Source: Armatimonadota bacterium
GTDB taxonomy: Bacteria > Armatimonadota > Fimbriimonadia > Fimbriimonadales > GBS-DC
Direction: 5' to 3'
Length of the DNA: 64,000 bases
NCBI GenBank assembly: GCA_037444405.1
Contig: JBBIML010000007.1
Location: 180,674 to 244,673, forward strand
The position numbers and the translations under genes were made by a program. Shown one piece after another: positions 21,633-32,122 of this stretch (position 1 is its first letter; every line of letters starts with the position of its first letter). The notes beneath the pieces are model-generated. The model was not told the origin of the DNA and did no database searches. It saw only the letters and a list, made by a program, of their open reading frames with translations.

Positions 21633-22661
21633 ATTGAGACGCGACGGCTGAGATTGAGTGGCGATCCTGCGCACGATGCCCCGCTAATTGAGCAGGCGGG
21701 CGCGTTGATTCGGGCAGGCGGGCTGGTCGCCTTCCCGACGGAGACGGTGTACGGGCTGGGCGCCGACGCGCTGAACCCTGACGCCGTGCGCCGAATCTTC
21801 GAAGCGAAAGGGCGTCCCGCCTGGGACCCGCTGATTGTGCATGTCATCAGCCTCGAGCAGATGCGGACGCTGGCGACGGAGTTGCCCCCTGCCGCCGAAC
21901 GGCTCGCCGCACACCTGATGCCTGGACCGCTCACGCTGGTGTTGCCCAGAGCCGGCTGCGTGCCCGATATAGTAACTGCTGGTCTTCCCACCGTCGCGAT
22001 TCGCATCCCGTCGCATCCGGTGGCGCAGGCGCTCCTGCGAGCCAGCGGCGTGCCGATTGCTGCTCCCAGCGCGAACCGATTCGGGCGACCCAGCCCCACA
22101 ACCGCCGACCATGTGATGGCAGATTTGGAGGGGCGCATCGAGCTGGTACTGGACGCGGGACCCACGCCTGTCGGCGTTGAATCAACCGTGCTGGATTTGA
22201 CCACGCAGCCGCCCACGATTCTGCGCCCGGGCGGCGTCGCGCGGGAAGAGATTGAGCGACTGATCGGCGCGGTTCGCCTGCTGGAGGAGGCGCTGCCCGA
22301 AGGTGCGCCGTTGCCCTCGCCGGGCACCTCGCCGCGCCACTACGCGCCGCGCGTGCCCCTGCACCTGGCGCCACCAGAGCCTGAAGCGCTCTATCAGGCG
22401 GTGCAGATGGCGATCGATGAGTACGGGCGCGTCGGCGTGATGGCGCCTTCAGGCTGGCAGCTGCCGTTAGATGAGCGCGTGCTTGCCTGTGAGTGGGGCA
22501 GCTGGGGCGACTGGCAAACGCTCGCGAAACGGCTCTTTGCGGGCATCCGCTGGCTGGAGTCGCAGGGCGTGGCGGCAATCGTATGCCCCCTGCCCCCTGC
22601 GGAACAGCTCGCTCTTGCCATCCGCGACCGCCTGCTCCGCGCCGCCCATCCTGAACAGTGA
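21633..22661 (+). CDS. sua5: L-threonylcarbamoyladenylate synthase, Sua5 type (start either ATT 21633 or TTG 21654)
   Basis: VAFPTETVYGLG, KGRP..PLIVH, APSAN, GVESTV, PG...HYAP and C-terminal SUA5 domain (AIRDRLLRAA). Confidence 0.95.
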   Translation: METRRLRLSGDPAHDAPLIEQAGALIRAGGLVAFPTETVYGLGADALNPDAVRRIFEAKGRPAWDPLIVHVISLEQMRTLATELPPAAERLAAHLMPGPLTLVLPRAGCVPDIVTAGLPTVAIRIPSHPVAQALLRASGVPIAAPSANRFGRPSPTTADHVMADLEGRIELVLDAGPTPVGVESTVLDLTTQPPTILRPGGVAREEIERLIGAVRLLEEALPEGAPLPSPGTSPRHYAPRVPLHLAPPEPEALYQAVQMAIDEYGRVGVMAPSGWQLPLDERVLACEWGSWGDWQTLAKRLFAGIRWLESQGVAAIVCPLPPAEQLALAIRDRLLRAAHPEQ

Positions 22662-22668
22662 GCAAGCC

Positions 22669-23430
22669 TCATCGTACCCCTGTCAGTCGATCCAGGTGAC
22701 GCAGGAGGGGATGGCGTTCGAGCCATTCAGTAAGGGAATGGCGTTCTGCCCAGAGGTGGAACCAGAGCAGGAAGAGGGTCAGAGCGAGCTGAACTTCCAT
22801 CGGCAGCAGCGCCACCAGCGCGGCGCCCAGCACGCCCCCCAGCAAGTTGCTGCCCGTGTCGCCCAGCATGCCCCTGCCCGCCCGATCGATGGGCAACACG
22901 ATCAACAGCCCGACGCCGACGCTCACCAGCATCCACGCGCTGGCGCTATCGCCTCGCAACGCCAGCGCGATCCCACATGGCAACGCCCCCAGCATAAAAA
23001 GCACGCCTGCGCGACCCGGACGCACATCGAGCAGGTTGAAAAAGTTCGCACAGAGCGCGATCAGCCCGCCGCTTAGCAGAGCCTGTAGGGAGAGCCAGCC
23101 TGCCTGCGTGCTGACCTCCACAATCGCGACGCCCAGCAGAGGGCTTAATACGAGCTTGAGCAGCCCGGTGGTGGGGCGTCCCTGCAGGAGCGAGCGCAGA
23201 TGCCCGCGCAAACCCTTCGGCGCGCGCTGACCCCACTGGTCATCAATGAAGCCCAGCACGCCGAAGCCCAGCGTCAGCAGCCAGTGCAGGTGCGTCGGCA
23301 CAAACAGCAGCCAGCCTGCCAGCCCCGTCAGCAGCGGACACAGCCCCAGCCGATCAGGCACCACCTCCCCACGAAAGTTTGGTCGCACCCAATGTCCACA
23401 CGCATGTGCAGTTGGCACCAATTTTTTCAT
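22669..23430 (-). CDS. MraY/WecA-like polyprenyl-phosphate glycosyltransferase (family 4)
   Basis: LGFIDD, NFFNLLDVRPGRA, MLGDTGSN motifs. Confidence 0.8.
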   Translation of the reverse strand: MKKLVPTAHACGHWVRPNFRGEVVPDRLGLCPLLTGLAGWLLFVPTHLHWLLTLGFGVLGFIDDQWGQRAPKGLRGHLRSLLQGRPTTGLLKLVLSPLLGVAIVEVSTQAGWLSLQALLSGGLIALCANFFNLLDVRPGRAGVLFMLGALPCGIALALRGDSASAWMLVSVGVGLLIVLPIDRAGRGMLGDTGSNLLGGVLGAALVALLPMEVQLALTLFLLWFHLWAERHSLTEWLERHPLLRHLDRLTGVR

Positions 23431-23433
23431 GAG

Positions 23434-23649
23434 TTAGAGCGTTTCGCCGCGCACCAGTTCAGCAGCGAACTGAAGTGCCTCGTAGACGGCTTCGCGTGTC
23501 AGGCGCGGGTGCGCCTCCAGTATCTGCTCGATCGTTTCACCCGCTGCCAGCTTCTCCGGCACAAGGTCGACAGGGATGCGGGTTCCACGAAACACAGGTT
23601 TGCCCATCATCACCTTCGGATTGGCTTCGATCCATCTGTAGCGCCCCAT
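23434..23649 (-). CDS. DUF433 antitoxin-like protein (no adjacent toxin gene)
   Basis: IEANPKVMMGKPVFRGTRIPV...EQILEAHPRLTREAVYEALQFAA; TATAAT 7 nt upstream. Confidence 0.85.
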   Translation of the reverse strand: MGRYRWIEANPKVMMGKPVFRGTRIPVDLVPEKLAAGETIEQILEAHPRLTREAVYEALQFAAELVRGETL

Positions 23650-23657
23650 GTGAATAA

Positions 23658-24128
23658 TTATACCCCTGCTGTGCGCGCAATCAGCCTGGCGATGGTCTCC
23701 AGAAAGGCTTCGTCGCTCTCGTCGAACGCGCCCACTTCCGTGCCGTCCACATCGATTTGACCTCGAATCGCGCCTGTGTGGGGGTCGCGGATCAGCACCA
23801 CGATCTCGGAGCGCGTCTCCAGATTGCAGGCGAGGTAGTTCTCGCGCTCGCGCACATCGTACACAATCTGGTTCGCATTCTCGGCGACGGCGGTGCCGCA
23901 TACCCCGCGCCCCACGGGGATGCGCACATGCTCCGTCGGCGGTCCCACATAGGGTCCCAGCGTCAGCGTGTCGCCTTCCAGCCAGTAGATGCCGACCCAG
24001 TGATAGTGAGGCAGGCGATCGTGCAGGAGCTGCATCAGCTGCTGAAGGCGCTCCTGCAGGGGCGCATCGCCACTCAGAATCGCCTCACTCTCCTGAATCA
24101 GCTGCTGGGCGAGCGGGGCGTCTATCAT
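23658..24128 (-). CDS. GAF domain protein (fRMsr/YebR-like)
   Basis: YHWVGIY, RIPVGRGVCGTA, YLAC...SEIVV. Confidence 0.88.
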   Translation of the reverse strand: MIDAPLAQQLIQESEAILSGDAPLQERLQQLMQLLHDRLPHYHWVGIYWLEGDTLTLGPYVGPPTEHVRIPVGRGVCGTAVAENANQIVYDVRERENYLACNLETRSEIVVLIRDPHTGAIRGQIDVDGTEVGAFDESDEAFLETIARLIARTAGV

Positions 24129-24760
24129 GGTTTTCTGAACTGGGGCTTGGGCGCAGGGTTGACAGGCTGGCTGGTGGTGGGTTCTTTCGGTCGGGCTTCC
24201 TGCAGCACGACGGCTTTCTCGATTACATCGCCGCGCTGAATCCGATCGACCACCTCCATGCCCTGCACCACTTCGCCGAAGATGACGTACTTGCCGTCCA
24301 GCTGGGGCTGTGGCTCCAGGCAGATATAGAACTGGCTGCCGGCGCTGTCGGGGTCAGGCTTGCGTGCCATGCCGATTGCGCCGCGCGTGTGCTTCAGATT
24401 GTTCGGCTCGAACTTGATAGTGTAGCCCGGTCCGCCCGTACCGACGCGCGGGTCATCCAGCGACACATTCGGGTCCTTCGTGATGGGGTCGCCCGCCTGC
24501 ACCACGAAGCGCGGCACCACGCGGTGGAAGCGGATGCCGTCATAAAACTTCTGCTTGACCAGCTTCAGGAAGTTCTCGCAGGTTTTGGGCGCCTCCTTGA
24601 GGTTGAGGCGGATATAGATGTCGCCCTTATCTTTGATGGTCATCTTCACGACTGTCTCGCCCGGTTTGGGCTTGTAAGGCTTTTGCTGGGCTTGCTGGGC
24701 GATGCCCATCAGTCCGATGCCCAGCAGAATCGCGCCCAGAGTCGCTATTGCCAATCGCAT
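24125..24760 (-). CDS. Exported cyclophilin-type peptidyl-prolyl isomerase
   Basis: Signal peptide; FYDGIRFHRVV, QAGDP, GAIGMAR, SAGSQFYI, LDGKYVIFG. Confidence 0.93.
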   Translation of the reverse strand: MRLAIATLGAILLGIGLMGIAQQAQQKPYKPKPGETVVKMTIKDKGDIYIRLNLKEAPKTCENFLKLVKQKFYDGIRFHRVVPRFVVQAGDPITKDPNVSLDDPRVGTGGPGYTIKFEPNNLKHTRGAIGMARKPDPDSAGSQFYICLEPQPQLDGKYVIFGEVVQGMEVVDRIQRGDVIEKAVVLQEARPKEPTTSQPVNPAPKPQFRKP

Positions 24761-24840
24761 CGTCGGTTCACCTCCGCGTCGAGTGTACCCGATGGGGTAT
24801 AATAGAGTCGCCCGCGCAACGCGGGGAAAGGAGGTCAACG

Positions 24841-25902
24841 ATGATACGGCATACAACGCTGATGATGGGTCTGGCGCTGGCTTGCGCCGTCGGGATGGCG
24901 CAGCCGACGATCGATGGACGCAATATCCCGTCCGAGTTTGGAACCGCGCTCGCCTCGCAGACGAATTACACCGGCTTCGGCGACCATACAGGTGGTGTCC
25001 ACTGGGGTTCCGAGCTGGATCAGCTCTTTGTGCGCTGCGAGGGCGGCGTGCTATATATCGGCGTAACGGGCAATCTGGAGGGCAACGGCAACGCCTTCCA
25101 CTTCTACATCGACACGGGACGCAACCCCAGCAACACCTTCACGCTCACCACCGGCTGCATCAACTGCTCGGTGCAGGGCATGAGCGGCGTGGTGTTCGAC
25201 CACCAGCCTGACTGGGCACTCGGTGTGAACCGCTATGATGATGGGCAGGGCAACGACAATATCTATGTTGACCTGCACGACCTGGTGAACAATGTCTCCA
25301 CCTATCTGGGTGCTGCACCCACCAACACAGGCGACGGCACGCTGAGCGGCGGCGATAACACAGCAGGCGTGCGCGCCGCGCTGGACAACACCAACGAAGG
25401 CGGCATCACCAGCGACCCGAATAATCTCGGCAATCCCGCTGAGGTCACCACCGGGATGGAGGTGGCAATCCCGCTGAGCGCTTTAAATTATTCGGGCGGT
25501 AGAATACGAATTCTGGTGGTGCTGACGGGCGGCGCTGATCTGAACGATCCCTGCCATGGCACCTATATGTCGAACCAGACTCTGCCCGCGCTGAATACTG
25601 GCGACCCTGCCCAGCAGTTCCCGAATGTGGCGTGGGTGCGCTGTCCGAATCCGCCGTTCGATTCGTTCCCCTTCAGCTTTCAGGTGAGCGCGCCGGGCAC
25701 CCAGTATGTGGAGATTGAGCCGTGCCCGACGGGACCTGAGGGCGATGTGAACGGCGACGGCTGTGTGGACGACGCCGACCTGCTGGCGGTGCTGTTCGCC
25801 TTTGGTCAGACGGGCAACCTGCCAGAGGATGTGAACGGCGACGGTGTGGTGGATGACGCCGACCTGCTGATTGTGCTGTTCAACTTCGGGCAGGGCTGCT
25901 GA
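24841..25902 (+). CDS. Secreted protein with C-terminal dockerin-like/EF-hand tail ending FGQGC
   Basis: Signal peptide; GDVNGDGCVDDADLLAVLFAFG...DVNGDGVVDDADLLIVLFNFGQGC*. Confidence 0.85.
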   Translation: MIRHTTLMMGLALACAVGMAQPTIDGRNIPSEFGTALASQTNYTGFGDHTGGVHWGSELDQLFVRCEGGVLYIGVTGNLEGNGNAFHFYIDTGRNPSNTFTLTTGCINCSVQGMSGVVFDHQPDWALGVNRYDDGQGNDNIYVDLHDLVNNVSTYLGAAPTNTGDGTLSGGDNTAGVRAALDNTNEGGITSDPNNLGNPAEVTTGMEVAIPLSALNYSGGRIRILVVLTGGADLNDPCHGTYMSNQTLPALNTGDPAQQFPNVAWVRCPNPPFDSFPFSFQVSAPGTQYVEIEPCPTGPEGDVNGDGCVDDADLLAVLFAFGQTGNLPEDVNGDGVVDDADLLIVLFNFGQGC

Positions 25903-25910
25903 ACCTTCAT

Positions 25911-25990
25911 TCCCTCACCCATACCCTCTCCCCCCGCTTGCGGGGGAGAGGGTTTCGAATTCTCCCTCTCTCCTCTGGTGAGAAGGTGTG
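25911..25990. repeat. Palindromic element pair, CCCTCTCCC family
   Basis: ccctctcccccgc-tt-gcgggggagaggg plus a degenerate second unit. Confidence 0.8.
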
Positions 25991-26054
25991 GATAGGAAGG
26001 TTTCTTGCCTTGCGCTGGCAGTCGGGTAATATTCCCATCGTCAGGAGCGCGGGC

Positions 26055-27176
26055 ATGCGAATTGCGCATATCAGCGATGTGCATCTGGGCTATCGGGCGT
26101 ACAGTCGGTTAAGCGCGCGTGGGGTCAATCAGCGCGAGCGGGATGTGTTGCGGGCGTTTCGGGAGGCGCTGCGCCTGCTGATGGAGCATCAGCCAGAACT
26201 AGTGGTGATCACAGGCGACCTGTTCCATTCGGTACGCCCGCCGAACTATAGCCTGCTGAACGCCTATCGGTTCATCAGCGCGGTACAGCAGGAGCGCGGG
26301 GGCGCACCGTTAATCATGATTGCCGGCAATCACGAGACGCCGCGCTCCGCCGAAAGCAGCTGCATTCTGGGACTGTTCCGCCATATTCCCGGCGTGCAGG
26401 TGGTGGACGACCGCATCGAGAGCCTGATGCTGGAATCGCTCGGTGTGCATCTGCTGTGCATCCCCTCGCGCGGACTGTATCATCTGACCAGCATCCAGAT
26501 CGAACCGAACCCACAGGCGAAAGTGAATGTGCTGCTCTTGCATGGCATTCTGGAGGGTCTGGCGTCCTACGCGATTGAGCGTCCCGTGTCGCGCCAGGTG
26601 ATTCTGAACGATGGCTGGGACTATATCGCGCTGGGCGACTGGCACCTGTACACACAGGTTGCGTCGAACGCCATCTATGCGGGCGCGACGGAGTTCACCA
26701 GCAACAACATTTGGGAGGAGGCGGGCAAGCCGAAAGGGTTCGTGCTGTATGAGGTGGAGACGCGCACGCACCAGTTCATTCCTGTGCCCACGCGCGCGGT
26801 GTATGACCTGCTGCCCATCGACGCGCGGGAGCTGACCGCAGGGGAGATTAACGAGCAGATTCGGGCGCGCGCCGAATCGGTGGACATCACCGACGCGATT
26901 GTACGCCAGCGGGTTTATAATCTGTTGCCCGAGCAGCGGTCGGGGCTGGATGGGAACTTATTGCGCGAGTTGCGGGCGCGGGCGCTGCATTACCATCTCG
27001 ATTTGCGGATGTATCGGGAAGGGCGTGTGGGGCGTGGTGCGCCCGATTCAGAGGAGCGCCCCTCGACGCTGGTGGACGAATGGCGCGAGTTTGCCAGCCG
27101 CTATGAGCTGCCTGCTGGCGTGGAGCGCGGCGACTTTATCGAGCTGGGCGCCCGCTACCTGCGAGAGGAGAGTTAG
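26055..27176 (+). CDS. sbcD: DNA repair exonuclease, SbcD/Mre11 family
   Basis: [28 protein letters not shown] metallophosphoesterase motifs. Confidence 0.85.
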   Translation: MRIAHISDVHLGYRAYSRLSARGVNQRERDVLRAFREALRLLMEHQPELVVITGDLFHSVRPPNYSLLNAYRFISAVQQERGGAPLIMIAGNHETPRSAESSCILGLFRHIPGVQVVDDRIESLMLESLGVHLLCIPSRGLYHLTSIQIEPNPQAKVNVLLLHGILEGLASYAIERPVSRQVILNDGWDYIALGDWHLYTQVASNAIYAGATEFTSNNIWEEAGKPKGFVLYEVETRTHQFIPVPTRAVYDLLPIDARELTAGEINEQIRARAESVDITDAIVRQRVYNLLPEQRSGLDGNLLRELRARALHYHLDLRMYREGRVGRGAPDSEERPSTLVDEWREFASRYELPAGVERGDFIELGARYLREES

Positions 27177-27180
27177 CGCG

Positions 27181-27513
27181 ATGGCATGGGGCTATCTGCT
27201 GATTGCGGGCGTGATGGAGATTGTGTGGGCGATTGCGCTCAAGCTGTCGAACGGTTTCACGCGCCCGCTGCCTGTGGCGGTGGTGATTGTGGCGGGGCTG
27301 CTAAGCCTACTGTTTCTGGCGTTGGCAGCCCGCCAGATACCGATTGGCACGGCATATGCGGTGTGGACCGGCATCGGCGCGGCGGGCGTCGCGATCATCG
27401 GCATCTTCTGGTTCAACGAGCCACGCACGGCAGCGCGACTGCTCTTTATCGCGCTGATCGTGCTGGGCGTGATCGGCTTACGGCTGGTTTCACCGACAAA
27501 TGATGGGAAGTGA
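27181..27513 (+). CDS. sugE: SMR family exporter (SugE/Gdx-like)
   Basis: [27 protein letters not shown]...[15 protein letters not shown]. Confidence 0.88.
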   Translation: MAWGYLLIAGVMEIVWAIALKLSNGFTRPLPVAVVIVAGLLSLLFLALAARQIPIGTAYAVWTGIGAAGVAIIGIFWFNEPRTAARLLFIALIVLGVIGLRLVSPTNDGK

Positions 27514-29143
27514 GACGGGGCAGACGGGCGCGACGGGGCAGGGCGATCAGTCGCCCCACGGCTATAGCTGGGCACGCGCCTCGCTGTTGATGATGAGCGC
27601 GATCACCCTTAGCCGCGTGCTGGGCATGCTGCGCGACACGGTGATTGCCTACCGCTTCGGGCAGAACGAATGGACAGACGCCTATCGCGCCGCGTTTCAG
27701 TTGCCCGATCTGCTCTTTTTTATGGTGGCGGGGGGTGCGCTCTCTTCCGCGCTGATGCCCATCTTTTCAGGCTACTGGGAACAGCGTCAGAAAGAGGAGG
27801 CGTGGCGTGTCTTCTCCAGCGTGTTCACGCTGATGGTGGGATTGACCACGCTGCTGGTGCTGCTGCTGGAGTTGATCGCGCCGTGGGTGGTCGCGCTGAT
27901 GTTCCCCGGCTTTGACCGCATGCGTTATGAGTGGACGACTATCCTGACGCGCATCGTGCTGCCGTCGCAAATCTTTTTTCTGATGGGCGGGCTGATGATG
28001 GCAACGCTGTACGCGCGTCGCCATTTTTTGGTGCCCGCGCTGGGACCGAACATATACAATCTGGGGATTATTTTTGGCGGGCTGGTGCTGGCGGTTCCGT
28101 TCGGGATCACGGGGCTGGCGTATGGGGCGCTGCTGGGGGCGTTTGTGGGCAGTGTGCTGATGCCTGGGTGGGCAATGATGCGGCTGGGCAGCGCCTATCG
28201 CCCGCTGCTGGACTGGCGTCATCCGGGGGTGCGGCAGGTATTCCGGCTGATGTTGCCCGTGATGTTCGGTCTATCGCTGCCGGGCATCTATATGCTGATT
28301 TTGCGGGTGTTTGCGTCGTGGTTGCCTGCGGGCGCGATTTCGGCGCTGGATAACGCGAATCGCCAGATGCAGGCGCCGCTGGGGATTGTGGGTCAGGGAA
28401 TTGCGCTGGCGATTTTTCCTGCGCTCACGGCGCTGGCAGCCACCCGGCGATGGCATGAGCTGCGGGTGGTGTTGAAGCGCGGCTTGCGGCTGGTCTGGTT
28501 CCTGACCGCGCCAGCGACGGTATTGCTGCTGATTCTGGCGGAAGACATCGGGCGCGTGCTGTTGCAGTATGGGCGGTTCCGCCCGGAAGACACGGCGATG
28601 GTGGCGGCGGCACTGCGCGGGTTTGCGATAGGGTTGTTCGCGTGGTCGGGTCAGGCGCTGATTTCGCGGGCGTTTTTCGCGCTGCGCGATTCGCTGACGC
28701 CCGTGCTGATTGGCAGCGCCGTTACGCTGGGGTTCGTTCCACTCTGTTTTGTGCTGATGCGCTGGCTGGACTATGTGGGGCTGGCGCTGGCGACCTCGTT
28801 AGCCGCCACATGGCAGATGGTATGGATGTTGCGCGTGTTGCGGCAGCGTCTGCCTATCGCTGAGCAGGTGGATAGCGAGCCGCTGGTCCATCCCGTATTG
28901 CGGATTGGGGTGGCGTCGCTGGTGACGGGCGTGTGGGCATTCGGGCTGCACGGGCTGATGGGGACGCTGGTGCGGGGCTGGCAGCCGAATCTGGCTTCGC
29001 TGGTTACCATTCTGGTGGTGGGCGGCACCAGCGCCGGGCTGTACCTCGCGCTTGCCCGCTGGCTGAAATTGCCTGAGTGGAGTTATATTGATAATCTGCT
29101 ACGCCGCTGGCGACGCAATCAGGATTCAGCCGTGCGGGGATAG
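27500..29143 (+). CDS. murJ: Lipid II flippase
   Basis: [10 protein letters not shown]...[10 protein letters not shown]; about 14 TM segments. Confidence 0.92.
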   Translation: MMGSETGQTGATGQGDQSPHGYSWARASLLMMSAITLSRVLGMLRDTVIAYRFGQNEWTDAYRAAFQLPDLLFFMVAGGALSSALMPIFSGYWEQRQKEEAWRVFSSVFTLMVGLTTLLVLLLELIAPWVVALMFPGFDRMRYEWTTILTRIVLPSQIFFLMGGLMMATLYARRHFLVPALGPNIYNLGIIFGGLVLAVPFGITGLAYGALLGAFVGSVLMPGWAMMRLGSAYRPLLDWRHPGVRQVFRLMLPVMFGLSLPGIYMLILRVFASWLPAGAISALDNANRQMQAPLGIVGQGIALAIFPALTALAATRRWHELRVVLKRGLRLVWFLTAPATVLLLILAEDIGRVLLQYGRFRPEDTAMVAAALRGFAIGLFAWSGQALISRAFFALRDSLTPVLIGSAVTLGFVPLCFVLMRWLDYVGLALATSLAATWQMVWMLRVLRQRLPIAEQVDSEPLVHPVLRIGVASLVTGVWAFGLHGLMGTLVRGWQPNLASLVTILVVGGTSAGLYLALARWLKLPEWSYIDNLLRRWRRNQDSAVRG

Positions 29144-29202
29144 CAATTTGGCAGTGTGATTCCATCTGGAGGGCTTATCTGAGTTTTGCAAAGGGCTGTG
29201 TT

Positions 29203-29231
29203 TTGCAACGGGTTGTGGGAGCGGGTACAAT
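29203..29231 (+). promoter_or_regulatory. Sigma70-type promoter of yceD-rpmF-plsX
   Basis: TTGCAA-17 nt-TACAAT. Confidence 0.6.
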
Positions 29232-29296
29232 AGGGTAGGGTCAAAGACCGCCGTCAGGGTGGCGGAGGTTTTTGCCCGATCAAGGGGGAGCCGACG

Positions 29297-29854
29297 ATGA
29301 AAGCGTATCGGTTGGATTTGAACGATGTTGTCCAGCATCCTGGGCGCAGGGTCGAGTACCCGATCGAGATCTGGTTGGAGCGGGAAGAGGCTCCCCCGCT
29401 GGCGGAACCTGTACAGGGTGTGCTGATTGCCGAGAGTGGCGGACGCATTCTGCGCATCGGTGGCGAGTTTCGCACGGCGGTGTGGCTGGAGTGCGGACGC
29501 TGTTTAACTTACTATCGGCAGCCCATCGAGTTCCGCATCCAGGAGGAGTTCCCGCTGGTGGGCACACCCGCGGGGCTGAACCCTCAGGGTTATGCGGAGG
29601 TCGAAGATCGGGACTCGTTCCCCGTGTTCGAGGGCAACGGACTGTATGCCGATGAGCTGTTGCGGCAATATGTGATTGTACATTTGCCGATAGCGCCTGT
29701 GTGCCAGCCTGGCTGCAAGGGGCTATGTCCTCGCTGCGGTAAGAATCTGAACGAGGGCAGTTGCAGTTGCTCGCCCCGAATGGGGCATCCTGCATTCGAA
29801 GCGCTGGCACGCGCCTGGTACGGCGAACAGGACAACGACGAGAACGGGAGGTAA
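29297..29854 (+). CDS. yceD: DUF177/YceD family protein
   Basis: ECGRCL and CQPGCKGLCPRCGKNLNEGSC; upstream of rpmF. Confidence 0.9.
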   Translation: MKAYRLDLNDVVQHPGRRVEYPIEIWLEREEAPPLAEPVQGVLIAESGGRILRIGGEFRTAVWLECGRCLTYYRQPIEFRIQEEFPLVGTPAGLNPQGYAEVEDRDSFPVFEGNGLYADELLRQYVIVHLPIAPVCQPGCKGLCPRCGKNLNEGSCSCSPRMGHPAFEALARAWYGEQDNDENGR

Positions 29855-29858
29855 ACCG

Positions 29859-30056
29859 ATGGCGAATCCGAAACGACGACACACCCATGCGCGTGGGGCG
29901 AAACGCCGCACGCATTACAAGCTGGAGGTGCCGGGGCTGAGCCGGTGCCGGCAGTGTGGGGAGTTGCACCTGCCGCATCGTGCCTGCCCTGTGTGCGGCT
30001 ACTATCGCGGACGCAAGTATCGACAGGCGATTGTAGGCGTGGACACTGAAGAGTGA
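29859..30056 (+). CDS. rpmF: 50S ribosomal protein L32 (Zn-binding type)
   Basis: MANPKRRHT...CRQCG..PHRACPVCGYY. Confidence 0.96.
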   Translation: MANPKRRHTHARGAKRRTHYKLEVPGLSRCRQCGELHLPHRACPVCGYYRGRKYRQAIVGVDTEE

Positions 30057-31060
30057 TGCGCATTGCGGTGGACGCGATGGGGGGCGATTACGCTCCCCAG
30101 GAGATTGTGCTGGGTGCGCTGGAGTCGGCGCGGCAGGTGAGCTTCGAGATTGTGCTGGTGGGCGACGCCGCGCAGATTGAGCCGTTGCTGCCGCGCCGTC
30201 GCCCGCCGAATCTGCACCTGCAGCACGCCTCGCAGGTTATCACGATGGACGATTCGCCGGTGATGGCGGTGCGGCGCAAGCGCGACTCGTCGCTGGTGGT
30301 CGCGGCGCAGATGGTGAAGCGGGGCGAGGCGGACGCGCTGGTATCGATGGGCAACACGGGCGCGGTGGGCGTGGTCGCCAAACTGCTGTGGGGGAGCCTG
30401 CCCTATGTGGATCGCCCCGCGATTGCCACTGTGCTGCCCACCTACACGGGGCGCTGCGTGCTGCTGGACAGTGGCGCCACCGTCGATTGCGCGCCGCGCC
30501 ACCTGCTCGACTTTGCGCTGATGGGTCAAATCTATGCTGCGCAGGTGCTGGAAATCCCCAGCCCGCGCGTCGGACTGCTCAATATCGGCGAGGAAGCCAC
30601 CAAAGGCAACACGCTCACCAAAGAGGCGTACCAGCTGCTGCAGACTCACCTGAAGGATGAGTTCGTGGGCAATGTGGAGGGCAAGCGCTTTTTTGAGGGC
30701 GTCGCCGATGTGGTGGTGTGCGACGGCTTCGTGGGCAATGTGTTTTTGAAGACGGGCGAGGGCGTGGCGGAGACCATCCTCAAAATCGTGAAGGAGGAGC
30801 TGACCCGCAATGTGCTCAACCGCATCCCGCTGGCGTTGCTGAAGCCCGCGTTTGACCGAATCAAGCGTCGCCTCGATTATCGCGAGTATGGCGGTGCGCC
30901 GTTGCTGGGTGTGGATGGGGTGTGCATTATCGGGCATGGGCGATCCGATCGGTACGCGGTGCGTCAGGCGATTGCGGTGGCGGCGCAGGCGGTCGCCAAT
31001 CGGCTGGTGCCCACGCTGCGCCACGCGCTGGAGATTCTGCATCGGGAGAAGGAGGGCTAA
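30056..31060 (+). CDS. plsX: Phosphate acyltransferase
   Basis: IAVDAMGGD, GNTGA, DRPAI, NIGEE..KG, DGFVGNV, GGAPLLGV. Confidence 0.96.
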   Translation: MRIAVDAMGGDYAPQEIVLGALESARQVSFEIVLVGDAAQIEPLLPRRRPPNLHLQHASQVITMDDSPVMAVRRKRDSSLVVAAQMVKRGEADALVSMGNTGAVGVVAKLLWGSLPYVDRPAIATVLPTYTGRCVLLDSGATVDCAPRHLLDFALMGQIYAAQVLEIPSPRVGLLNIGEEATKGNTLTKEAYQLLQTHLKDEFVGNVEGKRFFEGVADVVVCDGFVGNVFLKTGEGVAETILKIVKEELTRNVLNRIPLALLKPAFDRIKRRLDYREYGGAPLLGVDGVCIIGHGRSDRYAVRQAIAVAAQAVANRLVPTLRHALEILHREKEG

Positions 31061-31062
31061 GG

Positions 31063-31842
31063 GTGAAGTTGCGCGTCACGGTGCTGGGCTGTGGCACATC
31101 GATGGGCGTGCCGCAGCTGGGCTGCCGCTGTGCGGTCTGCACTTCGAGCGACCCGCGCAATCATCGCACGCGCCCCAGCGTTCACCTGCAGGCGTGCGAT
31201 ACCTGCGTGTTGATTGACGCGCCGCCAGAGCTGCGCCTGCAACTGCTTGCCGCGCGCCTCGATGAGCATCTGGACGCCGTGCTGATCACGCACACACATG
31301 CCGACCACATTATGGGGCTGGACGATGTGCGGGGCTTCACCTTGCGCACGGGCGAGCCTATCCCTGTGTATGCGGAGGCGGCGGCGCTGGACGATTTACA
31401 GCGCGTGTTTCGCTATGTGTTCTTCCCGTTTCCGCCGGGCACCAGCACGCCGCAGATAGAGTTCCGCGAGATCACGGGGGTGCTGGAGATTGGCGCGTTG
31501 CGCATCGAGCCGTTGCGCGTGTTTCATGGTGAGATGCCGATACTGGCGTTTCGCGTGGGCAACTTCGCCTATGTAACGGATGTGAGCTATATTCCGCCCG
31601 AAAGCTTCGCGCGGTTGCAGGGGCTGGAGCTGCTGATTCTAGACGCTTTACGCTACGACCCGCACCCGACCCATTTCAATCTGGAGCAGGCGTTGCAGGT
31701 GGTGGCGGCGTTACAGCCGAAGCGCACGCTGTTCACGCATCTCACGCACGCCTTTGACTATGAGCAGGTGAATGCCCAGTTACCAGCGGGCGTGGCGCTG
31801 GCGTATGACAGGCAGGTGGTGGAGATCGAGTATGAGGTATAA
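31063..31842 (+). CDS. Metallo-beta-lactamase fold hydrolase (PhnP-like)
   Basis: [24 protein letters not shown]. Confidence 0.9.
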   Translation: MKLRVTVLGCGTSMGVPQLGCRCAVCTSSDPRNHRTRPSVHLQACDTCVLIDAPPELRLQLLAARLDEHLDAVLITHTHADHIMGLDDVRGFTLRTGEPIPVYAEAAALDDLQRVFRYVFFPFPPGTSTPQIEFREITGVLEIGALRIEPLRVFHGEMPILAFRVGNFAYVTDVSYIPPESFARLQGLELLILDALRYDPHPTHFNLEQALQVVAALQPKRTLFTHLTHAFDYEQVNAQLPAGVALAYDRQVVEIEYEV

Positions 31843-31866
31843 TGGTTATCGGAAGGAGGTAGCGAT

Positions 31867-32118
31867 ATGGCAAGCAAGAAAGCTGGTGGCAGCACTCGAA
31901 ACGGTCGGGATAGCAATCCGAAGTTTCTGGGCGTGAAGGAGTACGGCGGCGAGTTTGTGCGTGCAGGGCACATTATTGTGCGTCAGCGTGGCACGCGCTT
32001 CCATCCGGGCGTGAATGTGGGTCGTGGCAAGGACGACACGCTGTTCGCGCTGGTGGATGGCTATGTGCGCTTTGAGGGACCGCGCCATCGCCGTCGGGTG
32101 AGCGTGATTCCGGCTTAG
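31867..32118 (+). CDS. rpmA: 50S ribosomal protein L27
   Basis: [16 protein letters not shown]...IIVRQRGT. Confidence 0.98.
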   Translation: MASKKAGGSTRNGRDSNPKFLGVKEYGGEFVRAGHIIVRQRGTRFHPGVNVGRGKDDTLFALVDGYVRFEGPRHRRRVSVIPA

Positions 32119-32122
32119 CTCC

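Noticed and set aside
23645..23662. Second Rex box
   Set aside because: Only the left half-site (TGTGAA) matches
27100..27181. Guanidine riboswitch before the SMR gene
   Set aside because: Only 4 nt separate it from the sbcD stop; no ykkC or mini-ykkC motif seen
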